Assembly (NCBI GenBank): GCA_028534125.1
Contig: CM052817.1
Location: forward strand, 44,642,001-44,706,000
Source: Lama glama
Lineage: Eukaryota
Direction of reading: 5' to 3'
DNA length: 64,000 bases
Below the pieces are notes generated by a model, which worked only from the letters and a program-made list of their open reading frames with translations, was not told where the DNA came from and did not search any database. Shown piece by piece: positions 1 through 13,420 of the stretch (positions within the stretch are counted from its first letter, which is position 1; each line of letters starts with the position of its first letter). Both the position numbers and the translations under genes were made by a program.

Positions 1-224
1 ACCTGATCTTTTTATTTGCTTTTTGTTTTGTGTCATCTGTCTATGTGCCCTATTCTAATGAGCTTAGTGTTCCCTTGATATAAAAGAAAATGCCAATGAA
101 AGGTTATGGACAGAAAAAGAACCATTCCGAATACCTCATGTGTTCTTTACCATGCATTTGTTTCTCACTTCTTTGCAAAAACAATTATAGATGACTTTAT
201 AAGAAAGAAAAAGTATGTATACAC

Positions 225-247
225 GTGTGTGTGTGTGTGTGTGTGTG
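225..247. repeat. (TG)n microsatellite
   Basis: Direct reading. Confidence 0.95.
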
Positions 248-2789
248 TACACATACATATACACTCACCAATACGTCGATTATACAAATGACTTATACAC
301 TACATAGGATAAAGTGGAAAGGAAAAAATCATGACGATTTAAAATTTTTAAACTTAATACAATCACTGTAACTGAGCACTAAGAATGGTTTTAAGCCTCC
401 AGTCAATTCAGTACAAAAGCAGGAAAAGGTCAAGTCACGCATAGTCTTGCAGCAAGGGGCAACGGTCCGAGCTTCCCTAGGGGCTGTCCTTTCCTCTTTC
501 CACACATTAAGTTAAACCAAATCTTACTCAGTTTAGAAAATGTTGCTTCCAGTCTCTGTCTTATTTCAGCCATGTGAATTAGTCAAGATATATCTTATGA
601 GCATTCTCTTGTATCTTTAATCCTTACTTATTTTTCCAAACACATAGGAACTCCAGACTCAGAAACTGTAGCCAAGCCTACCCCAGCTCACCAGCAGTCG
701 GACACATGTCCCAAAACCCATAGCACATTCCCAGAAGCATTATCTTAATGCAATAGGTTCTACACGGGGGATTAAGAGATGAAAGGAGAGCTACATATCC
801 TAATTCTTAATCTTCTGCCATTTCTGCTTACGAAAAAAAAAAGACACACCAGTAGAAAATCAAAAAAAAAAATTACAGACAGCAAGTATGACAAAGGGTT
901 ATATGACAAGACAAAGGCTTATATGATCAGATCTTTTGAAAGTAAGCAAAGTTGATAACCAAATGTGTCCATGGACTTATTTACATACAGTTCTTCTTTA
1001 ACCAAGAAACAAACAAACAAAAGAGCTAAGCCAAAAAAAAAAAACAGTGTCTAAAGATGAATTGGATTTTGTTGTCCTTAAGCTGTTTTACAAGAAATGC
1101 AGTAATCTGATGCTCAGGGGCCAAGTCTCTTTAATAATAGATGGATCAGCATTTAGAAAACTATAGGAAACAGATCCTAGGCCAGACCTTCAGTCTGTAA
1201 AGGAGGTCAGATGATTGAAGCAGATGATTTTGGCGGTCTAGGAAAAGAGTAAAGAGATCCTCTCCTTGCGTATAAAAAAAACACACAAGCTTCTCTAACC
1301 TAATTAGGTAACTGACTCCTTCAAAAACCAAGAGTTTTCAAACTACTTTAAAAAAATTGCTAACTCCAGATCCCAGAGTCCCCACCAAAGTCTCATTTTC
1401 CTCCACGTACTAGTACTCAGCATACCGCCTGACTCGTAGAAATATTCTGCCAGCACAACTGCTCTAAGTGTTTTGTATGCCCATGCAGTTCAACAGGTTT
1501 CAATAAAATAAAATATAATTGTAATACAGGCAAGATTGTCTCACGTGATTTCTAGAATGACAGTTTTTAAAAAAAAAACAACAGCATTGTTTTGTGTTGA
1601 TTACACCACATGGATCCCAGGGAATACTGTAGAAAATGCTAGGAGAATTCACTACTGAATGATTTCTCATTTATTGCAATTTTTTTCCCCATTGTGGAAC
1701 ATTAGATTAAATAAAAGTGGTGTGAACAATGAATCTGTAGTTAATATATACTGAATCCATCCTTCTGAAAAACTTCATTGAGAAAGTTAAGTGTAATGTG
1801 TAAGTTCAAGCAATTTGCTTTGGATTCCTTAAAATCTATTTCAGCTTGTAATTTTCAATCCAAAAAGCCAACTTTTTAAGATTTGCTTTATAAGATTTCA
1901 AAATGTCCAGTAAGCATATACTCAAAAAGCCATGTAGGAAACAGATTTTATACATCTTCATTTAACATTTTATTTTACAATACATTTGTTAGAGCTTCCA
2001 AAAACTAATTTCATCATATTTTTTATGTAAATTGTCAACTCTTCCACTAAAGTCGAAATTGATCATGGTAAAATACAAAATAACATAGTCCTTCGTCTCT
2101 GACTCAGGAGTCTTGTGTCTTCTACCAACATTTATTAGGTTAGCTTGTTCATAGGGAAAATACTCAGATCCCTCACAATTCTTGACAACTCTCATCAATT
2201 AATCATAAAGTAAATGTGATAGAGACCTGGACTAATACATTAATATATCTTCCTTTTCCTAGTCTTCAAATCAGGATGTGTATTAGTGAACGTGACAGAA
2301 ATGTTGCTTTCACCTTCTATCGGTCACTCCTTTCCTATGAAAGAAAATCATACTGTATAATATATATGTATCCATGTATATATATCCATAATGCTTTATA
2401 TTATTATAAAGGTTTATATAATTGAATTTACTAGGCTAATGTGATCAAGTCCTTTGGGGGGAGATTTCTAAAATCATATATGTTCCCTAACACAAAACTA
2501 AATTACCAAGTACAAAATTACTTGTACCCTCCAGTGCAATGCCTAGGACAGATGCAGAGATGATGGTGAAAATGATGCAGGACTAAACTTCCCAAACCAC
2601 ATTCTAATCACATTATTAACCCTCTAAATAACCTTTAATGGTTCTCCATGGCCAACTTCCCAGCAAAGGAAGTCCATTAAAATTTGATCCCAATTTGTAT
2701 TTTCAAATTTATTTCCTATTATTTTCTTCATACACTCCATAATTCAGTCGAATATAACCATTACAAAGCATGAAATTGTCCCATACTTT

Positions 2790-4350
2790 GTATTTTGTTT
2801 ATTTTATTGAGATATAATTCACCTACCATGATACTCAACTTACTAGAGTGTATGAGTCAGTGGCTTTTAGTATATTCACAGTGTTTTGCAACCATTACCA
2901 CTATCTAATTCCATAACATTGTTTATTACCCTTCAGAGCAATTCTGTACTCATCAGTAATCACTCCCTAGTCTCCTTCTCCCTGCATCACCTGGCAACCA
3001 CCAATCTGCTTTTCGTTTTTATTCTGGACATCCTATACAAATGGAATCACACAATGTGTGGTCCTTTATTACTGTCTTATTTCACTTAGCATAATGTTTT
3101 CAAGGTTCATCCATGTTGTAGCTGAAATCAGTACTTCATTCTTTTACATGATTGAATAATAATCAGTTGTATGAATATACTGTGTTTCATTTATCCATCA
3201 GTTGATGAACAGTTGAGCTTTTCCCCCCATGTTTTGACCATTCTGAATAGTGCTGCTCTAAACATTCACGTACAAGATCTTGTGTGGACTTATGTTTTCA
3301 TTTCTCTTGAGTAAATATTGAGGGGAGGGGGTCATGTGGTAACTCTGTGTTTAACTTTTTGAGGAACTATCCAATGGTTTTCCAAAGTGGCTACACCTTT
3401 TTACATACCACTAGCAATGTATGGCTGTTACAATTTCTCCACATCCTTGTCAACACTTGCTATTGTCTGCTTTTTTCATTATAGCCATCCTAAGTGGGTG
3501 TGAAGGGGTACTTTGTGGTTTTGATTTGCATTTCTCTGATGACTAATGACATTGGGCATCTTTTCACTGTTTATTCTCCATTTGTATATCCTTTTTTGGA
3601 GAAATGTCTTCAAATCTTTTGCTCATTTTTAATGGAGTTATTTGTCTCTTTTCATTGTTGTTTTCAAGTAGTTCTTTTTTTTTTCTTCTTTTGTTTTTTA
3701 ATTTCAGCTTCATTGAGGAATTGATAAATGTAATAGTTTTCTATATATTCTAGATACTAGACCTTTTTCAGATAAATGGTTTCAAAATATGTTTCTCCTA
3801 CTTTCTGGGTTGTCTTTTCACACTTTTTTTTTAGACAATTGACTATATGTACTTACCACACTTCCAATATTTTCTCTTCCTTCTGTTATATTATGAGAGA
3901 TAACTACATGAAAATAAAATTTCATATGAACTGGAAATATATTTCTTAACTTTCTCTTCTGGAGACATCAAGATCTCTACAGCTGCGAGGTTCCAAACAG
4001 AGGACAGTTTCTTCAAGTTGATAACAATACAATAAAATTTCTCTGCAAATGTTCACCCTAATACTGAAAGAAAGGATGGTTGTATGGAGTTGTTACTGAA
4101 TTAGTCATATAGCCCCAACTTGGGCCCTAGCCTGGCCCAGCCCCCTGCCTCAATGGGGAAAGTTCTTTTTCCATTTGAATTCATACAGCCAATAACAAAA
4201 CCAATCTTTTTTCATGCTCTTGATACTTCCCTTTGAAGCAAAAGTTTTAAATTTTGATTAAACAAATTTACATATATATTTTTCCTTTGCTTGCTTGTGT
4301 TTTGGGTATCCATCTTAGAAACCACTCCCTAATCCAAGGTCAGGAGTATC
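2790..4350 (-). mobile_element. Old L1 3' portion (L1MA/MB-like), interrupted at about 3824-4205
   Basis: Typical antisense L1 3' sequence: TTTTATTGAGATATAATTCAC..., CATCCATGTTGTAGC, TTTGCATTTCTCTGATGACTAATGA. Confidence 0.85.
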
Positions 4351-4919
4351 TCATAACATTTTTATTAAAATGTAATTCACATACCATTCTTAAAGACTTT
4401 TTTTATTGTGAATATAACATATACACCCAAAAGTGCACATATTGTGAATATAACATATACACCAAAAAGTTAAACATAAATGTATAATTTAATTATTATA
4501 GACCCATCACCCAGGTCAAGAAATAGACTATTGCCAGGGCCCCAGCAGGCTCCCTCAGTGCCCCCCCACCACTGCTTCCCAGTCATAACCCCTTCTCGTC
4601 TCCATGGCAAGATCGTGGTTCTTGAAGGCAAATCTTAAATTAGACCCATCTTTATGTTCAAGCAGAACTTATTACAGTACTTGATAATAAAAATCGTTGA
4701 GTGAATTAGCAAAGAATGGAAAATCAGCTAATTTTACTATCTAATAGCATCATCTATAAATTTTTGATTGGTGAAAAGATTTGCATAATTACACAAAGCT
4801 GTGTTTCTCAATCTGCTTTTGTGTTTTATTTGTTTGTTTTGCCCCAGTTCATCTTGGGTACACGACACATTTTGATCAAGTAATGGCTCATTCCAGGTAG
4901 AGGGAGGAAAACAATAATC

Positions 4920-5180
4920 TCAGTAACAAAATTGCTAATAATTATTTACTGCATGCTTACCATATGCCTGAAACTGTGCCTAGAATTATGTCAATCTTTA
5001 CAACACCCTTAATGAGATGTATATTTTTATCCCTTCCCTTCTACCTTCCGTAGCCCCTCAACTCCCATTCTTCTATTTTTAACCAAGGCTTACCAAAATG
5101 AAGTAACCTGCCCCAGGTCACACAGCTATCAAACGGCAGGCAAAGAATGCAGAATCAGGCAGTCTGACTCCAGAGCCTAC
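4920..5180. mobile_element. MIR SINE
   Basis: MIR core AAGTAACCTGCCCCAGGTCACACAGCT...CAGTCTGACTCCAGAGCC. Confidence 0.8.
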
Positions 5181-6489
5181 ATGATACAGTCCTCAACTCT
5201 TCTCAGGTATTCTGAGGCCCAAAGTGCCTGAGAGCTGCCCTTAAATGCTCACTGGATCCCTGGTGTCTTTCTCAGGTGTTCATTTAGATGTACAGAGCCT
5301 TGAAACAAGAAGTGTTCAGTAAATGGTATTTATGATAACACATCTTCTTATTGCCATCTTGGACCCATTCTTGATGCATTCGTGTGTCACTTTCCACCTG
5401 GGATAGCAGGCTCTGTGGGTGTTACAACTGAATATGGCCCTTCCCACTTTGGGTAACGTTCCAACTGTTCCTACGTTCAGATTTGCTATAAAAATGGAAG
5501 CATGTGGCCATAAAGAAAGAAGAGACTCGTACTTAGAAGAGAGAACAATCTTCAGGTAACCTTAAGAGCTGCGTGATTTTGTTAAAATTTACCCATAGCA
5601 GATTAAGGGTCACTCGGAGTTGCCTTCTTTGGTCAAGACATTTAGTTATTCTTTTTTTGGTATAAAGGTGAGTGATGTTTCATAACAAAGCAGTATATAT
5701 ACACACACACAACCTTTTACCTCTTCCTCTTAAAAAGGCACAGACACAAAGCAAGATAGGAACATGATCTCCTTGGCAAATTTTTGGACCAGCTTTTAAA
5801 GGGAATATAACCAAGACTTGACTGAGGAACTCTCTGTGAACATCACCACTTTCTGTTTACAGCATTATTAACAGGCTGTCACCTGATCATAGGGTATTCG
5901 TTTCATTTGTGGCGCACAAAAGCAAATGTATTAGATGAATTAAATTCTGCTTGAAATGTGGCATGCTAAATTGACCATGGTTGGCTTGGTGGCAGTACTC
6001 TAACAAAATAATGAATTCAGTCTGGGCCTAGACAACACATCCTTGACAAACAGCTTTTTGGCATTTTCAGCCACACTCGTTAAGTGGGGATACATTTTCC
6101 AAGAGCTTCATTAGCAATTGAAGGTGGGAGCAACCCATTAGGCCATGCAATTATCCTCTCATAGTCAGGTCAGCCCTGTTCCAGAGACCGTTCCATACAA
6201 CGTGGCAATGCAATCGCACTTTTCAGCTCTGTGGAAAACTCTCACCCCATCAAAAAGACTATTTTTTGGTTACAACTTATCTTGATTATATGTCACTTTT
6301 TCTTTTTATCCTTGTGTATTTCTTAATACTTACTCTGCCACCCAAAAGTGTTCCTCTAATATGTGGCTAATTTTATTTTAGTTTTGACAGTAACTTGCTT
6401 TCCAAGTACTATATTAAAAGAATTACTTAATAGAGTAGGGTGAATCTCTTGAGAACTGGGTTTCAAGTTATCTACTGCTTTGTGGTTTT

Positions 6490-6730
6490 CAAAGTACTTT
6501 CACACTCAGAAACTCACTTGATTCTCATAGAAACTCTATGAAGTAGAGAGACACAGTATAGTGAGTAACTCTGAGTCTAGGGTCAAATTGCTTAGTCTAA
6601 CTTTCTTTCCTCTACTGCAAAATGGGGTTTGTAATAGGACCTATTGCATAGATGTGCTGTAAAGAATAAACGAGTTAATATAGAGCATTAAGTTTGGGTA
6701 TACATTAAGTATTAATTACAAGTTAGCTGT
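6490..6730. mobile_element. MIR fragments
   Basis: MIR-like ...CTGCAAAATGGGG...TAATAGGACCTATTGCATAG... Confidence 0.6.
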
Positions 6731-6829
6731 AATTTTTGTTTTAAAGAATGTTTTAAAATCTGTTTGTTTCAAGGAAGAGTGAAGCTTACATAAGATCTTT
6801 TAAGAATTGTATCAGAAGATAAAACTTCG

Positions 6830-7950
6830 TTTGGTGATGCCGGCCTCATAGAGTGAGTTAGGAAGTATTCCTTCCTCTGCAATTTTTTGGGATAGTTTGA
6901 GAAGGATAGATGTTAACTCTCCTCTACATGTTTGGTAGAATTCACCTGTGAAGTCAACTGGTTCTGACCTTTTGCTTGTTGGGAGTTTTAAAATTACTGA
7001 TTCAATTTCATTAGTAGTAATTGGTCTGTTCATATTTTCTATTTCTTCCTGGTTCAGTCTTGGGGAGATTACACCTTTCTAGGAGTTTGTCCATTTCTTC
7101 TAGGTTGTCCATTTTATTAGCATGTAGTTGTTCATTGCAGTCTCTTATGATCTTTTCTATCTCTGTGGTGTCGCTTATAACGTCTCCCTTTTCATTTCTG
7201 ATTTTACTGATTTGGGCCCTCTCCTTTTTTTCTTGATAAATCTGGCTAAAGTTTTATTAATTTTGTTTATCTTTTCAAAGAAACAGCTTTTAGTTGATCT
7301 TTTCTATTGTAATTTTTTAGTCTCTATTTCATTTATTTCTGCTTTGATCTTTATGATTTCTTTCCTTCTACTAACTTAGGGTTTTGTGTGCTCTTCTTTC
7401 TCTAGTTCCTTTAGGCATAAGGTTAGGTTGTTTATCACTGGTCACAGCAGCATTATTTAGAATTACCAAGATACGATGTACTAGTAAAATACTACTCAGC
7501 TTCAAAAAGTAATGAAGTTTTGTCATTTGCAGCAACATGGATGAACTTGGAGGGCATTATGCTAAGTGAAACGTCAGACAGGGAAAGACCAATACTGTAT
7601 GATATCACTGACGTGAGGAATCTAAAAAATACAGCAAACAAGTGAATACAACAAAAAAGTAAGCAGACTCAGAGATACAGAGAACAAGCTAGTGGTTACC
7701 AGTGGGAAGAGGGAACAGGGAGGGCAAGACAGTGGGATGAGAGTAAGAGGTACAAACTATTAGGCTTAAAATAAGCTACAAGGACATATTATACAACACA
7801 GGAAATGAAGCCAATATTTTATAATAACCATAAGTGGAATGTAACTTTTAAAACTGTGAACCACTATATTGTACACCTGTAACATAGACTATTGTACAGC
7901 AACTATAATTCAATAAAAATATAAATAAATAAATAAATAAATAAATAAAA
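6830..7950 (+). mobile_element. L1 with inverted 5' segment (ORF2 piece antisense 6830-7437; 3' end sense 7438-7950; (AAAT)n tail)
   Basis: The minus-strand ORF 6812-7033 is L1 ORF2 ([13 protein letters not shown]...DFTGEFYQT...LPNSLYEA). The sense part is an L1 3'UTR with AATAAA. Candidate TSD ATAAAACTT at 6819-6827 and 7945-7953. Confidence 0.85.
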
Positions 7951-8639
7951 CTTAGCTGATCCATTCTTGTCATTTTTCATCTTAAATCTCAATCTTCCTT
8001 CCTATAAAGCTCTGTATCTTCAACTGTCCATTGTCTTGTCTCCTCAAATTAAACCCAGTTTCTACTTTGACCTACTGGAATCTTTCCTAACCCCAGCCCT
8101 CTCACTCATCCAGAGTACTAGGTTAACAGGTTAGGGGCAAAAGAGAAGAGAGCAAAAGGAGATGACTGGGAATTTAAATGGGAGACCTGGGTCAACTTGC
8201 TCCTGATAGCTTATTACGCAGCCTCAGATCAGCAGCCCTTTCTCACTCCTCACCCTCCACACCCACCAGACTCTGCAAGGGCTGGTCTTGCCACTTCCGG
8301 AAGGAGTGGAACATGACCTATAGGCACAACCAAAATTTCTTTTATTATATGTTGCAAATCTCATACTACTCCCTACAATGAATCATCATAAACAAAACAC
8401 TGACCCACTTTAAATTAGAAATAGCTTTAACGCATTGGTTAATCTAATATGTGCAATTAGTTTATATATCTGTTTATTTTTTACATATTTATATATACAT
8501 ATAAAATTGTTTTGGCTTTATCATAATAACTATGAACTAATCTCACAATTTTTAAATGAACCCAAGTTCATTACAGAAATTAATAGCTAAGTGATAGCAA
8601 CTGAAAGCCCTAAGAGGGAATTATAAAAATGGTGTAAAA

Positions 8640-8950
8640 AATCCAGGTTAAGTGACAAGAAGTTCTACCATTTGTTTGCTCTTTCCAAGAATGCTGCAGT
8701 GAATGTCCTTGTACGTACAACCACTATGCACATGAGTGAGTATTTCTGCTTTAAGTTCAAATCCTAGAAATGGTATTGCTGGGTTAGAGAGAACGTGAAT
8801 TTGTACTTCCCACAGATGCTGCCAAAACGCGCCCTCTGTGGATGTTGTATCAATTTACATTTCCACTAGCAATGTATAGGAGGGGTGTCTCCTGTGTGCA
8901 GAATGTTCCCCTCAACTCTTGCCAAATCTTGGCCAATAGGATAGGTTAAA
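8640..8950 (-). mobile_element. Old L1 (L1ME-like) fragment
   Basis: AATGCTGCAGTGAATGTCCTTGTAC...CCTAGAAATGGTATTGCTGGGT...CAATTTACATTCCACTAGCAATGTA. Confidence 0.65.
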
Positions 8951-9579
8951 AATTAATCCCAGCCCTTCTCCTGGAGCCCAATCACTCTGCCCTGTAGTTG
9001 AGAGCACACTCTTCCAGGGGGCTGAATCTGGTCCTCTAAGCGGTCAAGGGGGTCTCTTCATGCTCCTTCATGTTAATTCAGATATTGTCCATTATCTGTC
9101 CTTCCTCACGTCCCACCTTCTAGAATAATGGAGACAGCCCAAATCAAGCCTGAACTCCTCATTTCCATTTTTAATATTAGTTATTGGGAAGTAGGATATG
9201 GTCCGTGGAAGTCAGCCTTACAACCAAGTCACTTCCCTAAGTTCTGGTTCTAACTTCCTCAAGCCATTGCACATGAGGGTTCAGTGTGCCTCAGAGCTAA
9301 TCTTAGTCAAATTACAACTAGGTTTAGGCAAGTTAGGACTACATATCTTCATCTCAAGTCTTTCTACACTTCCCCTTTCTCCTCAGCTCCTTGAAGATCA
9401 CCGATGGAAGTTTCAGTGTCTTCATTTGCAAGGTCTCTCAGACCCTGATTAGATTCACAAAGCACATTAGGGGTGATCACCAGGAGCGCAAACCCATTGC
9501 TTAGCTGCCTTGGGTGTTAGTCCCTCTTACTAGCATTTGCTCTGTCTTTTAGAGTTCCATGATCATTCACTTTCATTCA

Positions 9580-9800
9580 TAATTTAAAGTCAGACAGACC
9601 TGGGTTTGAATCCCAGAGGGACCACTAACAAGCCATGTGATCTGGGGTTAACTTAACATCTCTAAACTTCAGTCTACTCTTCAATAAAATGGAGATGACA
9701 CGCTTCCCTTCCGGGCTTCTAGAGAGGACAGAGATAATACATATACATAAAAATCATTTAGTACAAGGGTTGGCACAAAGCATAAATGAAACAGATAATT
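9580..9800. mobile_element. MIR SINE
   Basis: AGTCAGACAGACCTGGGTTTGAATCCC...TAAAATGGAGAT. Confidence 0.8.
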
Positions 9801-10987
9801 ATTTCCTTCTATTACTCCTCTGGCAGAGAAACAAAATACTATTTTAGCAGTATTTTACTTTCTCTTAAGCCTATACTGTCATTGCATCCTCAGCCCCCAA
9901 ACTAGGCATTTCTTCCTTGTCTCTTATTATTGCTAAGATGTAAAATTAAGAAAGGAAACAAACAAACAAAAAGAGGCCTTGGTTTTGTTGTTTTAGTTTG
10001 ATCATTTTTTGCAAGACTTCTGCTGGTTCTAGACTTAGACTTATTGTTACTATTACAAGGTGAATGTTTTAGATTCTCCCAAGATTAAATGCATCATTAC
10101 TATTGAATGAAAGCCTAAAGCATCCAGGAAATAGCAGGGTCCCCCTTCTGCATTAGATAAAAAAATATTACAGACTTGGTGGTGGCTCAGTGGCCAAGGC
10201 TTCCTGGCATTGCTCTGTCCCTGAGGAAGTCAGTCTACAAGGCAGAAGACTTGATTCCTACAACTGCTTCGTAACCAAAATCTCTCTCTCACTATTAACA
10301 ATAGTACTGTGCCTTGAAAATTCACAAGGCGAGTTAGATGAGAACACGAAAGGGAAAGAGCGCGAAGGAGCAGATGCCGTGGGAGAAGAGAAAAACAATT
10401 TTGCTTTCAGTCTACCTGATTAGGCTGTGATAATGCCCTCTGCAGAACTGTCCATCACGGCCTCACTTAGGTCAGACAAGAGTCTGACCCTAATGCCTGG
10501 GAGACAAAGGGCAAACAAAGCCAAATTCAATTTTAGCTGATCCTTGACAGAAGGAAAAAACATTCTTCAAGGAGCCTGTTGAGAGCACCACATGAAACCC
10601 ACATTTTTCATTTTTGACACATTAGATCCTGTGTTAACACTTCACGATATAAAATAGAAAGCAAAATATAGAGCAGAGACAGACAAACATCTATGCTGCC
10701 CAGGTTCCCAGCGTCTGCTCCCAATCTCAGGAATTTCATCTTGTCCCTGGATCCACTTTAAAAGTATATGTCCAGAAGCAACACTTTGTCACCTAGGGAA
10801 TAGACATTTTTCTAGGGGAAAGAAAACTCTATTCAGGACTTATTTGTATGGCATATTTAATTAATTTTTTAAACATTCAGTTATTGGGAGAAAACAAAAT
10901 TAGGCTCCCTAGGGCCCAGAAATCTCAGGCTTGTCAACAATCTACTATGCAATGGACTTCAAGCTTTTTTGCATGATGAGTTGATTT

Positions 10988-11270
10988 CTGTATCAGCTCA
11001 GGTGCTCTGAGAAATAAATGCCAAAGTGGAACAAGTTGTGAAAGACATGTAGTAGGGGGAACACCTGTGGAATTTAAAGGGGTGAAGGACTGGGGATAGG
11101 AGGAGAGAGCCTTCTGATTGCTGTGCAGGTCTGACACCTGTGAAAGGAGAGGGAGGGAAGGAGTCCTGAGTGGGAGGAGCTTCAGCCTATGATGTGATTC
11201 TAAGAAAGTCTTGGCCAGGCTTCTGGGGAGCCCCCATAGCAAAGGATGCCTGTCATAGCAGGCATCAAGC
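10988..11270. mobile_element. ERVL-class LTR fragment (LTR16-like)
   Basis: CAGGTCTGACACCTGTGAAAGGAGAGGG and AAAGTCTTGGCCAG motifs recalled from the LTR16 family; adjacent to an ERVL pol remnant. Confidence 0.55.
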
Positions 11271-11419
11271 ATCAGTTAGTATATACACATACACTAGCTT
11301 GGATAAGCAAGTGATGTGGATCAACTTTTTTAATAAGATTCAAGTGAAGTCTTGGGTTTTTAATTGAGGGAAATTAAAGAGTCTATAGATCTTTGAAATT
11401 TTCTAGATACTTGTTCTGA

Positions 11420-12150
11420 GTGGATGCTAATTCCTGGGGACCCAAAACACCACTGGAGATCACTATTCAAAGAGAAGACTATGGTACTTGGGTGATACAT
11501 GAGATCTGAGCTCAAGTCTATTTTATAGGACCCACCCTGTAGTTATTTCTGTAGTTCTTGAGTATATAATTGATGTATACACGTTGGAAACTGGTCTGAT
11601 CTCCATGCTGGAAGGTGGCAAAATGCTGTTGGAACTCCTTCCACCCTACCCTCAACAGTCAACTAAAAGCAACATCACATTCCCAGGAGAATTGAAAGAT
11701 TAATGCCACCACCAAAGACTGAAAAGATGCAGGAAAATGGCAACTCCTAACATTCCCATTTAATTTACCAGCTTGGCCTGTGCAGAAGATGTATTCAACC
11801 TGGATGGTGATTATGGATTATTGTAAACGTAATCAGGCGATGCCAGTTGTAGCTGCTATTTCCAAAGTGATGACTTTACTTGAGCAAATTAACACAAGTA
11901 TCTGGCATCTGGTACCCAGCTATTGATCTTAATTTTTCTTCCCTGAAAACAATTCTCAAGGATCACAAGTCTTCTGCTTTCCACTAATAGGACAACAGTA
12001 CACTCTCAGTGTCTTACCTCAGGGCTAGGTCAACCCTTCTGCTCTCTGTCATGGTCTCCATCAGAGTCCCCAGAGGACCATCTTGATGGCCCACAGTACA
12101 TCACATGTGTCCCTCATTGATGATATCATGCTAAATTGCTCCTTGTGAGC
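11420..12150 (+). mobile_element. Degenerate ERVL pol (protease/RT) remnant
   Basis: Frame-broken RT motifs: WPVQK (TGGCCTGTGCAGAAG), DY.K.NQ, LLEQIN, WY.AIDL, QYT.SVLPQG, IDDIML (ATTGATGATATCATGCTA). Confidence 0.8.
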
Positions 12151-12510
12151 AGATGGTATTAAATAGATTCATGTTTATTCCCTATATTAAATTTCCTCTG
12201 CTGACATAACTAGTGTAGATTCTACTTTCCTCTCTGACATAACTTCAAACCCACTTTCCAAACCCAAAATCTTATGTATCAAATGTCTAAACCAAACCAA
12301 AAATTACTGCCGAATGTCTATTATTTTTCCATGAAAGTCTAAGTTTCTCCATAAACATCAGATATCTTTCATACAACTGATAGAAGTGTCACATGAGATA
12401 TTTAAACAAACTTTACTACTGGCTTCACAACTCCTTTTGACTCCTTTATATGATACTGGAGTAAATTCTGGTTCTGTGGCTAATTTCTCATTGTCTATGA
12501 AGCAAAAAGC

Positions 12511-12912
12511 CTGTATGGGCTGAACCGTATCCCCCCAGCCTCCATTCATATGTTGAAGTCCTAAGTCCCAGTATCTCAAAGTATGACGGTATTTGGAATA
12601 GGAACTTTACACAGAGGTGCTTAAGTTAAAATGAGGCTGTTAGAATGGGTCCTAATCCGATATGACTGGTGTCTTCTAAGAGGAAATTTGGACACAGAGA
12701 CAGCAGGGATGTGCACACACAGAGAGACCACATGAGGGCACAGAAAGTAGGTGCCATCTGCAAACCAAAGGGGGAGGCCTCAAAGAAACCAAACCTGTTG
12801 ACACCTTGATGTTAGACTTTCAGCCTCCAGAACTGTAAGAAAAATTTCTGCTGTGTAAGCCACCTACTTTGTGTGTGGTATTTTGTTATGGCAGCCCTAA
12901 CAAACTAACACA
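12511..12912 (+). mobile_element. MaLR solo LTR (MLT1B-like)
   Basis: TGTATGGGCTGAA...TTCATATGTTGAAGTCCTAA...CAGCCTCCAGAACTGT...GTTATGGCAGCCCTAACAAACTAACACA. Confidence 0.85.
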
Positions 12913-13076
12913 CAGCCTACAGTGTAAAGACGTAGCATGGCTTCTAAACCTTTCAGTGGTAAGAGACAGAAAGGTCACAAGACAAGGATGAAAGTGTCTT
13001 TGTGTCTGTTTTGCTGTGTTTGTGCATCTGTCTGGGCCCCTGCCTTCCCCACTGACTTTCCCTCTCTTGATGACTC

Positions 13077-13120
13077 TTTGGTTTGGTTTGTTTTGGTTTG
13101 GTTTGGTTTGGTTTGGTTTG
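13077..13120. repeat. (GTTTG)n pentanucleotide repeat
   Basis: Direct reading. Confidence 0.9.
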
Positions 13121-13189
13121 ACTGGGGGCAGGAGGGTTTTATTTGACTCCCTCTTTCTTTTTCCTCTCTCCAACTCTCTTCCAATTAAC

Positions 13190-13420
13190 TAGATAATAGT
13201 AATGATACTCTGTTCTAAGAGTTTTACTTCTATTAACTCATTAAAACCTCACAATGCTCTTATGAAGCAATTATCCCCTTTTATCCCAGTTTTATGAATG
13301 AGGAAATCAAGGGACAGAGAGCTTAAATAACTTGTCCAAGGCACAGGGTTAGCAAGTGACAGGGCTCAGATTTGAGCCCCCAGATTCTGACGGGTGCTCT
13401 TAATCACTATGCTATGCCAG
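13190..13420. mobile_element. MIR SINE
   Basis: ATGAGGAAATCAAGGGACAGAGAGCTTAAATAACTTGTCCAAGG. Confidence 0.8.
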
